From positions 1 to 35,757 of the forward strand of contig JAUCBJ010002508.1 of the NCBI GenBank assembly GCA_032718475.1: a stretch of DNA of 35,757 bases, given 5' to 3'. The stretch's first letter is position 1; each line of letters opens with the position of its first letter. The notes below the pieces were generated by a model. The model searched no databases. It was not told the origin of the DNA and was given only the letters and a program-made list of their open reading frames with translations. Of this stretch, positions 1 to 9,773 are shown piece after piece. Origin of the DNA: Nemertoderma westbladi. Taxonomy: Eukaryota > Animalia > Xenacoelomorpha. The position numbers were made by a program, and so were the translations under genes.

Positions 1-230
1 AATCAGAGACATGAAGGGTGACGGCTTTCACAGCGTCATGGATGCTCACAAATTATAGTTACTAACATCTATAGTTATGAAGTTATGCGCGAGTAATAAG
101 TAAATTTTGGGAAAATAATAATTTAAATAATAACAATTTAGATAAAATAAATTTTTTGAAAAAACTAGTTGTTACGGAGTCGCATAGTCGTCTACAGTTC
201 CCCAGTCTACAGCTAGATGGCGAAATATCA

Positions 231-547
231 ATATCTGAAAGTACATCTTCTCCAACTTTGTTATTTACAATCCCTTTAGACTGAAACTTGCTAGCATCTA
301 CTATAGCATATAGGCTGTATCTTTACAGAAATGCAGCGTCGTCTGCATTACACCTGTCTGCAGGTAGAGTGTGAAATTTCTGAAAGTTAACATTTTCTAG
401 AATTTTTGATATTTACTTACAATTGCTGTTAAGCTGAAACTTGACAGTTATCTTCTACGGGGGTGAGGTTTTACTTTTCTCAACATATTCACATAACATC
501 ATACATGGCCTAGAACGCTGTGGCCCGAAGGGCCACAGGCTTTCTAG
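231..547 (+). mobile_element. Non-autonomous Helitron-like element, 3' portion
   Basis: Perfect hairpin CTGTGGCCC-GAA-GGGCCACAG (518-538) followed 5 nt later by CTAG (544-547) then T, the canonical Helitron 3' end. Two diverged ~150-bp internal repeats (tctgaaagt...ctgaaacttg at ~234 and ~380). 5' end not defined. Confidence 0.55.
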
Positions 548-862
548 TTTTACTATATTCCTCAAAATATTATACTATTCAACATAATAATGCTATCTTA
601 TTCAGTTAAATAATTTAACCATACCCAATGTTACATTATTTAAATAATTTAACCAAACTCAATGTTAAATAAATAAATTTAGAGAACATCTGTGATTGTA
701 GATGTTTGTTGGTGTTGTGTTTTTTATTAACCAATAAATATTGCATTATATTAATAAGCAAACAAACACAGATTTGAGATCAACACTAAATTAAATATTA
801 CAACATAGCAAGCTATATTAATTTTAATGTATAGTTCACATTCTAATACTATAACATAGTTG

Positions 863-1380
863 CAGTTACAGAGTATGGGCAGTGAGGCACTATCTACCAC
901 TCCCACTGAACAGCATCGTGTCCTTGCAGCCAGTTACAGTAGGGGCGGTGAGGCACTGTCTACCACTCCCGCTGAGCACCAGCATGTCCTTGCAGCCAGC
1001 TACACTAGGGGGCAGTGAGGAAACATCTACGATTCCTGCTGAGAGTCAGCGTGTCTTTGCAGCCAGTTAAAGTAGGGGAAATACTGTCTTCCACTCCCAC
1101 TGAGCACCAACGTGTCCTTGTAACCAGCTACACTAGGGGGCAGTGAGGAAACATCTACGATTCCTGCTGAGAGTCAGCGTGTCTTTGCAGCCAGTTAAAG
1201 TAGGGGAAATACTGTCTTCCACTCCCACTGAGCACCAACGTGTCCTTGTAACCAGCTACACTAGGGGGCAGGGAGGAAACATCTAAGATTCCTGCTGAGA
1301 GCCAGCGTGTCCGTGCAGCCAGTTACAGTAGGGGCAGTGAGGCACTGTCTTCCACTCCTGCTGAGCGCCAGTGTGTTCTT
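863..1380 (-). repeat. Minisatellite, 8 units of 61-68 bp with a 128-bp dimeric higher order
   Basis: Units begin cagttac/cagctac at about 863, 931, 997, 1064, 1125, 1192, 1253 and 1320; 997-1124 is repeated at 1125-1252. On the minus strand the unit is the last ~20 codons plus stop of the adjacent CRE-like ORF. Confidence 0.9.
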
Positions 1381-1637
1381 AAAGACCTAAAACATGCACA
1401 AGTGACTCGTAGTGTTGCCAATGAGAGGCAGGTTCTAACCCATCCCATAACGCGAGTGTAGGGTTTATCCCACTTACTGCTCATGATATCTGCAACGCAG
1501 TGAAGGACAGATGAGGCATTCTCTGCTCCAACTACTCCATCTACATAGATAACAAGGGGTGAAAAGTTAGATTATCGCTGCGTGCAAGCATCTGAATATT
1601 TCCTCTTCTCCTTCTCCGCACTCAAGATAATGGATGG

Positions 1638-1953
1638 TGTAAGCGGATTCAATTCCCTACATTACCCACCCAAAAATGGGACCAGTGGCATTTTACCAAT
1701 ATGGTTGGCGATGTGAGATTACCAATAATAATCTCACCTCATAACCAACTGGGGGGGGATACACGCCGTAAGCCACAGAGAGAGGTGAGAGGTCAAACCA
1801 CATCAGGGGGATACACCAGCTAGTGAGGCTGGCACAAGGGGGTAACACCAACAACCATTCATCCAGACAATAGACAGCAGCCTATGGACGCGACGACGCG
1901 TACAATTCACAAACCAGTCGGGATCTCATGGTCAACTCCACGATCCCGTCACA
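1638..1953 (-). mobile_element. 316-bp TG..CA element (solo-LTR-like), copy A of the TGTGACGGGATC family
   Basis: 5-bp TSD GATGG (1633-1637 / 1954-1958). Minus strand starts TGTGACGGGATC and ends GGAATTGAATCCGCTTACA. Interrupts the CRE-like remnant. Confidence 0.85.
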
Positions 1954-2221
1954 GATGGAACAGATCTGGAAATGTAGGAGGGCGTCAGAGTTGATGACCC
2001 TAATATCAAAAAATGGCCTCCTCTGAAACTTCGGGAACCCCGTAACTGATAGATCACAGCATAGTACCTCGATATTCTGGACCTAATCAGCATCGCAGAT
2101 TACTAGCTTACGTTCGACAGCTGCTTCTGAGTAAGCCAAGCTGATGAGTCCTGCACATCACGAATTTCGTTGTGACTTAAATTTACTCAGGCGACACCAG
2201 GCTTGCAGTCTAGAAAATGTT

Positions 2222-2824
2222 TGTGGGGCCTTCGCGCAGCACGAGAGCCCATATTAGAAAGTACATTATACTAATCTCTATTAGATATACGAAAACCATC
2301 TTTCCCAAAATATATATGAGTGAAGGCGATGCTATCAGTTTGTGATAAACTAGTTGTAAAAACAGAGATCCATTTTAGTTTGCCGTTACAGACTTTACCT
2401 GTAGTTTGTAAACCTTCTAACTAGGGCTAATTAAGTAAAGTATTACATTTTTAGTTTTACAATAATCTTCTCCTTCATTAGCCTCGTTGCGCTCGTTCTG
2501 ATTTGTCTTAAAATAATTTTCCTAAACGGAGACTAACGACCTAATAACTATGCAAAGTCTCGAAACTGTGAGAGTAACTGCTGATATATGGCAGATGGAT
2601 ACTCGTATCCACTGTAAACTCGTTGCGTTCGTTCGTTTTTGACCAAACTTCATATTCTTTTTAAACTTTTGCGGGACTGCATACGTTCCAAGTTTATTTT
2701 AATTTCATCAAGGAATAACCGAGTTATTAGTGATCAAAAATTTACGACGACGACGACGATGACAGACAACTCGTTAATGGTACCCATATGCTAAGGCTTC
2801 GCTCATTTCGTGGCTCGCCCCACA
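2222..2824. mobile_element. 603-bp non-autonomous insertion, class uncertain
   Basis: 7-bp TIR TGTGGGG..CCCCACA. Flanks tgtt/tgtg, or alternatively an exact ATGT duplication (2217-2220 / 2824-2827). Removing it restores the VSH-FLDCK reading of the host. Subterminal hairpins and a (GAC)n microsatellite at ~2744-2765. Confidence 0.75.
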
Positions 2825-3254
2825 TGTGACACAGTGAATGGGTGAACCGCATCCATCACAGTTAGTAGGTGCTCCGACCAGTGGAGTGTAGCATAGTAAT
2901 AAGACAACCCATCTCGGAATTCATTAGCGGAAAGATCAAACTGATAACTGACTGATATTTATTTCCTTTCTGCTGGTTACATATCAAAATAAATTTTAAT
3001 CAATATTAACCAATAAATTTTAACCCATATTTAAAAATTTCCAGTGTAAGACAACCACCACAGAAGACGAATAGCCAGGCTATTGCCGTCTTGTTGTGGT
3101 GACCAGAACCAACAGGGAAGATGGGGGGTGGGGGGGGGGGGTGCCTGGTCATTTTGAAATTTGATGTAGGCCTGTATTACTGCACGTCTGTATTGTGTAT
3201 CGTAAATCAATCAGTTTAACTACATTGTGGCTCACATAATATTTTGATTCTGTT

Positions 3255-4499
3255 AATCAAATGCATAGTAATGTTAAATTAATATAGAAAGTTAATTATT
3301 ACAAACAAATAGAAATACTACAATAATGAAGCACAAATTATAAAAAGCATCTCAGAATAGAGACAAATTACAAAGGGGGCGGGGGAATAAGAGTTATAAG
3401 GGGGAGGGGAGATGGGATAGGGGGAGCGGGGAACGAAAGAGGAGGAGCCTAGGAGACGAGGTCCAACAGACCCTCGTCCGTGGACCTAATCGATCCTAAG
3501 ATCGAAGCGGCATTGCCGATCTGAATGGCAATGAGGAGCCTCTGTAGGAGGAATCGGTGCGACCGCGGCTCGTTGGTGACACTACGTATACGGTCGCCGA
3601 TCTCCTTCAGGAAACTGCGAGTGGAAGAGCCCGGACAGCCGTAGGTCTCAAAGGCAACCGGGGAGAAGATGTAGCCCCGGTCGACTAGCTCCCGGTATTT
3701 GGCTGTTTTCTTCTCCTCAGCCACCTCCGCAACGCGACCCCCAGCAGTCAGGGCAAGGTGTATGTGGCTGGGACAAAGGGGATCTACCACAGTCGCATCC
3801 CAAGTGACGGATTTACCATGTTTCCATGGAACCATGGTTACTCCGTCGACTCGCTTCCCGCCACTCCTGCAGAGGCCTGGAGGTTCCAGCATAGCTGGGA
3901 TCCTGCAGCTGGTCAACGCACGCTTAACCAGGTCATTGACCATGGCGTGGCGTGCGTGTCGCCCAGCGCTCCTCTTACAGGAGAGGCCATGGAGACCGTT
4001 GGGTGCGACTGGGTCGTCACAGCGGGCGCATTTGTGAGGCTCGGTGACCGGGCTACCAAGGCGTATTGCGACTGCTACTTGCAACTGCGCGCCCGTAAGT
4101 TTCAGGCCCAGCGAGCTGACCGGAATGGCCTCAAGCCAGCAACCCGACACATCGTTCTTGATACAATTTAGGCGCGCAGTATCGAGTGGCAGTGCCCCCT
4201 CGCGGATGGAAGCAAGGGACGCCTCGTGGACCGGCTGTATCAGGACACGTTGTATGGCGTCAGTGGAGGAAGTGGCAGGTGGTGTGGTGCCAGTGTGGGA
4301 AGTAACTGTGGATGTGGTGTCAGTGGGAGAAGTGAGTGATGGTCTAGGTGCGGTGGCAGTGGGAACGTGAGTGTCTGTAAAAGTTGGAAGTTGTGCGTCC
4401 CGCGCGTTGGTAGCGAGGGCAATTGCAGGATCGGGGTGGCTCCCGTCCGTTCTAAATAGGCGGCCTGAGAGATCGGAGCATGCAGCAGCAGCATGCAAC
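3255..4499 (-). mobile_element. 5'-truncated CRE-like non-LTR retrotransposon (second family)
   Basis: 10-bp TSD TGATTCTGTT (3245-3254 / 4500-4509). ORF followed by a pyrimidine-rich, then AT-rich, 3' UTR. Confidence 0.8.
3449..4498 (-). CDS. C-terminal linker/CCHC/RLE region of a CRE-like retrotransposon ORF (RT lost to 5' truncation)
   Basis: 349-aa open frame with SGCWLEAIP, CARC..HGLSC (CCHC), RHARH..VND, LEP, KRVDG, WDATV, EEKKTAKY and FSPVAFETYG, the motif order of CRE-clade RLE domains. Confidence 0.85.
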   Translation of the reverse strand: MHAAAACSDLSGRLFRTDGSHPDPAIALATNARDAQLPTFTDTHVPTATAPRPSLTSPTDTTSTVTSHTGTTPPATSSTDAIQRVLIQPVHEASLASIREGALPLDTARLNCIKNDVSGCWLEAIPVSSLGLKLTGAQLQVAVAIRLGSPVTEPHKCARCDDPVAPNGLHGLSCKRSAGRHARHAMVNDLVKRALTSCRIPAMLEPPGLCRSGGKRVDGVTMVPWKHGKSVTWDATVVDPLCPSHIHLALTAGGRVAEVAEEKKTAKYRELVDRGYIFSPVAFETYGCPGSSTRSFLKEIGDRIRSVTNEPRSHRFLLQRLLIAIQIGNAASILGSIRSTDEGLLDLVS

Positions 4500-4509
4500 T
4501 GATTCTGTT

Positions 4510-5590
4510 TAATTTCTATTGAGATTATTACCTTTATTTTAGAATGATTGAATATTAAAATTAACGGTTTATGTTATAGCTCTGAAAATAAGTGGTTTTT
4601 TAAGTTTGACGCAAAAGACGATTTTTATTTTTATAGCCAATCTCTAGTGGCACAGAGTTCAAGATTGAGGGTCCTCGAAAACTCACTGATCTCTGTGAGG
4701 AAGTTAGGTGACATAGTGGTATTGAGAAGTTGCCATGGGAAGCGCTGTGGGTATGTTAGTTGTGGGCTGAAGAACGTTTTTGGAATAGTTTACCAAGGGT
4801 GGAATTTGGGCTTATAGTTTTCGATTAAATATCATACATGAAGGTGCAAACTGATAGTTCATTGAGTTTTTTAAGTGGTAAAATATTTAATTGTTTGTAA
4901 ATGGGAATTGATGACGATCTGTAGTGTGAAAATGTAATACAGCGTAAAAGTTTATTGATTTTGGTACGTAGTGGTTTCAGAGTGGTGGAATGTGTGCTAC
5001 CCCATACCAGGATCCCATTTTTTTCTAGCACCTGATTTATATGTGTTTTCCACTTTAGTTTTGAATCTATCCGAATGCCAAGTAATTTTGTGTTGTCTGT
5101 CTGTTTTATATCGGTGTTGTTAATTTTATATTGTTATCTGTTGCTATTGGTGATAGTAGGAATAGGAAGGTTAGTAAATATGGTGTACTCAGTTTTCTTC
5201 AGGTTTAGTAATAGTTTATTGTCAGGTAACCAGTCGTAGATTTTAGTTAATTCACTGTTCGACTAGATATTAATGAGTGGATATCACGATGTGAGTTGAG
5301 TAGAGTTGTGTCGTCAGCGAAAAGTGTACAAAGTAAGTTTGTTGCTTTGGGTAAGTCATTAATAAAAATGAGAAATAGTATGGGAGAGAGGACCGATCCC
5401 TGGGGGACACCACAAATGAGAGGTAATAAAGTTGAATTATTGCCGTCGATGGAGACAAATTGTTTGCGATTAGAGAGCAAACTAGAAATAAGTTGAAGGG
5501 GTATGTCTATGATACCATAGGTTTCAATCTTATAAACAAGGAATTTGTGGTCTATTGTATCAAAGTCCTTTTTATGTGGTCAATGTATAA
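4510..5590 (-). pseudogene. Degenerate CR1/L2-group (Crack-like) LINE RT C-terminus
   Basis: LSNRKQFVSI..CGVPQGSVLSPILFLIFINDLP..LFADDTTL (5247-5480) and GILVWGST..LLRCITFSHYR..PIYKQLNIL (4825-5031), with stops and frameshifts between. Confidence 0.85.
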
Positions 5591-5599
5591 GGCGCATTG

Positions 5600-6880
5600 A
5601 TAGTTGTTAGTCCGTGTAGCTGTATTGGATGACGTAGTAAAAATATCTTCAGCTGCCATCTCAATACAATCAGCATTAATCAGAATTTATTTGAACTATA
5701 ACTATAATTTACATTTTTTAATCATCTATTTTTTCACAATTTTGGAAAATATATATTCCTTCCAGAAGCTACTACTACTTTTCAGTAAACTTTGCATGTA
5801 TATGGAATAATATGATACTTCAACTATTTTCACTTCGCCATTTATTTCAAAAGATGGATCTGCGACGCTAAACAAGGTCCATTGTTTATTGCAAAGATGC
5901 ATTTGAAGTTGGATTTGTGCCATGAATTTACGATTGTGATCGATTGTGAAAGATAAGATTTTTGAATGGCATGTTTTGATGTTGGACATTTTACTTCTAC
6001 CACGTGCGTTGGTTTAATGGAATCTGAAATGGCATCCAAAAATAAGATTTTGTGGTATTTTATAAAAATACTAGCTACATTATTAAAACAGTAAATACCA
6101 TTGAAAACACTAGCTATCACAAACATTTGTTTTCATTTTCTTTAAAACATTTGTTTTCACATGTAACTAGCCAAAATATGTCAAGAACAGTAATCAATAG
6201 CCCAAAACAATATGTTTTGGATACTTTTTGGTATTTTTATATTTTTGGATGTCAAACCAAAAACAGCTATTATGAAAGGCAAAATAATGGTGACACAGGC
6301 AACACTAGTACCAGTAACACTTTACAGTGAACTGACAAAAAAATCGAAATAATTTCCATCTAGAGCAAATCTACCCATCCCGCATTGTTCGCTGTAAAAA
6401 CAATTAAAAAATAGATTAATGAAACGCCTGGCAGTATTTAGCTAGCTATATTTATTTTTAGCTACATACAGCTCTACGGTACAGGTATGGGCGAAATAAA
6501 TATTATTCTAGAATAATTAACTTGATATTAATAATTTTCCTCCATACCGCTATCCTATAATCGATTCTTAACACAACACAAATACACATCCAAATAAATA
6601 CATAGCTACATTTATTATTTGTTTTATTTTAGATACTGCAATATTATTCTTTATACAGTATTAGCCAATCAACAGCGCTTGACAACTGTTGCTGACGTCA
6701 CTCGTGCAGTTTTTTGAAACGGCCTGATTTTTCGATTTTGCTAATTTTGCGTTTTAAAATTGCTATAACTCGGCAAATATTAATTTTTTTGAAGTAAAAT
6801 TGCTCTCTGGGGTTTTTTCACATGCTCTTTCACATGAAACCGACGAAAACTCGAAAAAAAATTTCCGAGTCGTCTACCCC
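5600..6880 (-). mobile_element. Probable ISL2EU/PHIS-type DNA transposon end carrying the YqaJ gene
   Basis: Minus strand begins GGGGTAGACGACTCGG at 6880, flanked by AT (6881-6882). CCAAT and TGACGTCA boxes at ~6664-6700. As I recall, ISL2EU elements encode a YqaJ ORF and duplicate AT. The other end is not found. Confidence 0.45.
5726..6126 (-). pseudogene. YqaJ/lambda-exonuclease-like PD-(D/E)XK domain fragment, frameshifted
   Basis: VVEVKCP in the 5842-6126 frame continues as KFMAQIQLQMH..LFSVADP..FWKEYIF in the 5726-5989 frame. EVKCP plus YxQxQxQM is the YqaJ signature. Confidence 0.75.
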
Positions 6881-7598
6881 ATTGTTAATTAATTAATTAA
6901 TTTAAATTTGAATTTGACTGAAAAACTGAATTTAAATATTTATATAGATTGCAACTTATATTTGGCTACCTTTTAATGGGTGATTAATTTAATTATTCAC
7001 CCTTATATATTTGTAGCCTTTTTAATTTGTGCCTCTAATTGAATCAAACATTAAACTAAAATATATGTCACAATATTGGTCTGTCGGTAGCTGGTCAATG
7101 AATCTCTCATAAATTTGTTAATTAGTCGCTGTTCATTCATTGAACATTTGAACACGTGCTGCTCGAAGACCCCACAACGTGTTAGAGCTACCTACAGTTT
7201 AATTTGAGGTTGAGGATTCGGTATTGTAATTCTATTGGAGACATTTCTGTTAATGTAAAAGAGTTCACTATAGTATTTGTAATATGGCGTAGGAGGGATT
7301 AGGTTGTGCAAGTTGGTAAGGTACTTTAGAGTTTGATTCCAGTGGCTGTTAAGGAAGGGAGTGTGGTAGTCAGCCAGCTAGCTTAGGAATTGGAGGCAGG
7401 TTCCACTGGTCTCTAGTTGAGAATTGGGAGCTTATTTATATGGTTAATTGTATAATTATGTAATTAATTGTAAAATATGTATAATTCTTACAATGGTTTT
7501 TCTAAACCCAAGCAAATTTTTTCTGAAAGTTACATGTTAGGTTTTTAATCTGGCGATCTAATATACATTAGATGCGATCTAATAATGCCTAAAATAAA

Positions 7599-7805
7599 GT
7601 ATACTAACCGTCTAAACTTTTCTTGTATACTAACTGTCTAAACTTTTCTTGTATTCTAACTTTCCAACCTTTTCTTGTATACTAACTGTCTAAACTTTTC
7701 TTGTATTCTAACTTTCCAACCTTTTCTTGTATACTAACCGTCTAAACTTTTCTTGTATACTAACTGTCTAAACTTTTCTCGTATACTAACTGTCTAAACT
7801 TTTCT
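7599..7805. repeat. 26-bp minisatellite, ~8 units, resuming at ~8187-8224
   Basis: Unit gtatactaac(c/t)gtctaaacttttctt with an alternating variant gtattctaactttccaaccttttctt. Confidence 0.9.
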
Positions 7806-7844
7806 AGAACTTTTTGTTGGGCACAGCTTTTGCAAATTCGGCAA

Positions 7845-7918
7845 TGACGTCCAGGTGGGATCGAACTGGTGACCTCCGAGTTGGAAATCTGACGCTCTAA
7901 CCATTCAGCTAGCGGCTC
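7845..7918 (-). mobile_element. tRNA-derived SINE head or tRNA pseudogene
   Basis: Minus strand GAGCCGC-TAGCTGAATGG (A box)-TTAGAGC..CCA-GTTCGATCC (B box). Acceptor stem does not pair, so not a functional tRNA. Confidence 0.7.
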
Positions 7919-8769
7919 AGGTAAAAGGTAGACCTGGAAATACTACCTGATACCTTGTATGTCCGCAATTTACCTCCTCATGGCCTCCCAACTGTCAATA
8001 CCATCATATGATGCCACTGTGCTCAACCCTACCGTACTTGGCCGTTTTTTAACCACTCACTAGAAAGAAAGGGTAGTGTATATAAACCATGAACCATCAC
8101 AGCCACAATGATTAATTAAACACTCTAGCTACTAATTTAGGTAGGACAGTTACACCCATAGAGAATTGCGACCGGTATATTTATATAAACTTTTCTCGTA
8201 TACTAACGGTCTACACTTTTCTTGTGCTCATTGTCAATCTCAGGGGTGCATGAATTGATTCCTTTGGGGTCTTTGCAGACGTCACTTCCTTTCTCGCAAA
8301 CGTAAGTGTTCCACGCCATTTCGTACTTCGCCCCACTCAAACTGCTTATCGCGTTCACTTCAGCACGTATTTTCTAAAGATTGAATTGATAATTTTTTAA
8401 GTTTTTTTAAGAATTTTTTAAAGTTTTTTATTTAAATTAGGTCAGGTAATGCATATTCAAGACCAAGGGGGGTGGATCTTCCACATCCATTTATCAACAA
8501 GCCAAGGATAAAAGCCTGGGTCAGGCTAGGGTGCTGCATTTTTAATGCACTATTAATTACAGTAGTTTTGCAATTTAAAATAAAATTTGATTTAAATTCA
8601 ATAATTTTTTCACATACAATCAATTTAAATAGCAAGTTATTTATCTATATTATTATTTATTTATTTACCAAATACAGACAACTCGAAAAATCGCACCCCC
8701 CGATAATAACGGAGTTATAAGGGAATTCGGCTAAATATTTAGACCATTATCTATTAGACATGACCTGAT

Positions 8770-9769
8770 CAGGTCGGGGTCCCCAGAACCTGCTACCACT
8801 ATGGCAGTAAAATGGTACTACCTGTAGCTGTCAGCCCAGTAGGGCAGCCCGATCAGCGCCAGTAGCCTATTCATTATTTAGTTGATCAAGCCCCGTTATT
8901 TGGTAAGCCCCGTCAACTAAATAAGTCATTGAGGGCTACAGTGCCTAGGGCACTATTGAAGGCAAAGGCTTGAGCATACATCTGCTCTGTCTATACTAGA
9001 TGCTCCTCTACTAGTGTTAGGTAACCTAACCCAGGAGACACACTTGGTTCAAGGTGTAACAAAAGGACCCCTACAGTCGGCAGCAGGGCTGTAGGCCATG
9101 GATAGACGGAAGGTAATCAACCAATCACGTCATACGTCATACGTCATACGTCATACATAACGTCATACTGAACTTGGGAGAAACGAAATTGCGACAACTA
9201 TGGAGAATCGGGTAGCCTGGTAGGATCTCATTTCCACTGTCCGAGTTCGCTCGACCTAGTAGTAGTAGTAATCAACCAACGGCTAACCATGTAGACAAGG
9301 TTGGTGGAAGGTAATCAACCAACGGCGACTTACTGCAAAGACGCTTGTAGGAGTTGTAACCACAAGCGGTTTACTCCCACAATTGAAAGATATGAGTAAG
9401 AGAACCCTCCAGAGAAATACTGGCTCAGTCGTCGCCGAAATTGATGGACGTTAGTAACAAGCTCATCAGAGCACTTCAGACCCTAAACAACATCGAATCT
9501 ATAACTTCCAGGGTCATGAGTGCAACATTTGATGGGAATCCTAAGACAATATATATGTACCGGTATATGTAATATGTTGCTACAGTCCAACCAATGCCTC
9601 AGAGCCAGAACTAGCAGTCAAGTTTTATGAAGATCTGACTGGACTTATAAAGGACATTCCGAAACACAATGTCAAAGTAGTTGCTGGTGACCTGATTGCT
9701 CAAATTGATCCAGAAGACATTAAGGGTTACACCTATAACACCAGTTCGAACAGAAATGGATGCTTACTC
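8770..9769 (+). mobile_element. RTE-clade LINE 5' fragment (probable 5' UTR + APE endonuclease piece)
   Basis: 9475-9769 is clearly homologous to the reverse complement of ~28490-28770 (TLNNIESI..CCYSPTNASEPE..VAGDLxAQI..NRNG). Assignment of the GC-richer 8770-9470 stretch as 5' UTR is inference. Cut at a TTAA by the piggyBac-like MITE. Confidence 0.65.
9125..9267 (+). mobile_element. Extremely 5'-truncated RTE copy with (TAG)n tail
   Basis: 9165-9267 matches the reverse complement of 25644-25749. 12-bp TSD GTAATCAACCAA (9113-9124 / 9268-9279). (ACGTCAT)n filler at the 5' junction. Confidence 0.9.
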
Positions 9770-9773
9770 TTAA

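Larger units (their letters stand above)
1323..2950 (-). pseudogene. Degenerate CRE-like non-LTR retrotransposon 3' end (zinc knuckle + restriction-like endonuclease), split by two insertions
   Basis: Manual minus-strand translation across stops and frameshifts: FDLSANEFRDGL..PTNCDGCGS..TVSH|FLDCK..HNEIRD..DLSVTGF..PFFDIRVINSDA..EKEKRKY..FSPLVIYVDG..KWDKPYTRVMGW..FRSLRTHWRSAGVEDSASLPLL*. A 15-bp direct repeat tattaaccaataaat (725-739 and 3004-3018) may be the TSD. Confidence 0.8.

Noticed and set aside
863-1380. CRISPR-like array interpretation of the tandem repeats (also 7599-7805, 11760-11940)
   Set aside because: Head-to-tail units with no unique spacers, eukaryotic TE context, no cas genes.
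2280-2425. Possible small minus-strand exons with a ~50-nt intron
   Set aside because: They lie inside the 603-bp insertion and give no recognisable peptide.
7845-7918. Functional tRNA genes here and at ~23270-23343
   Set aside because: A and B boxes are present but the acceptor and anticodon stems do not pair properly; the second runs into a SINE body.
8241-8701. MITE bounded by GGGGTGC/GCACCCC
   Set aside because: Only a 7-bp match, no convincing TSD and no second copy in the window.
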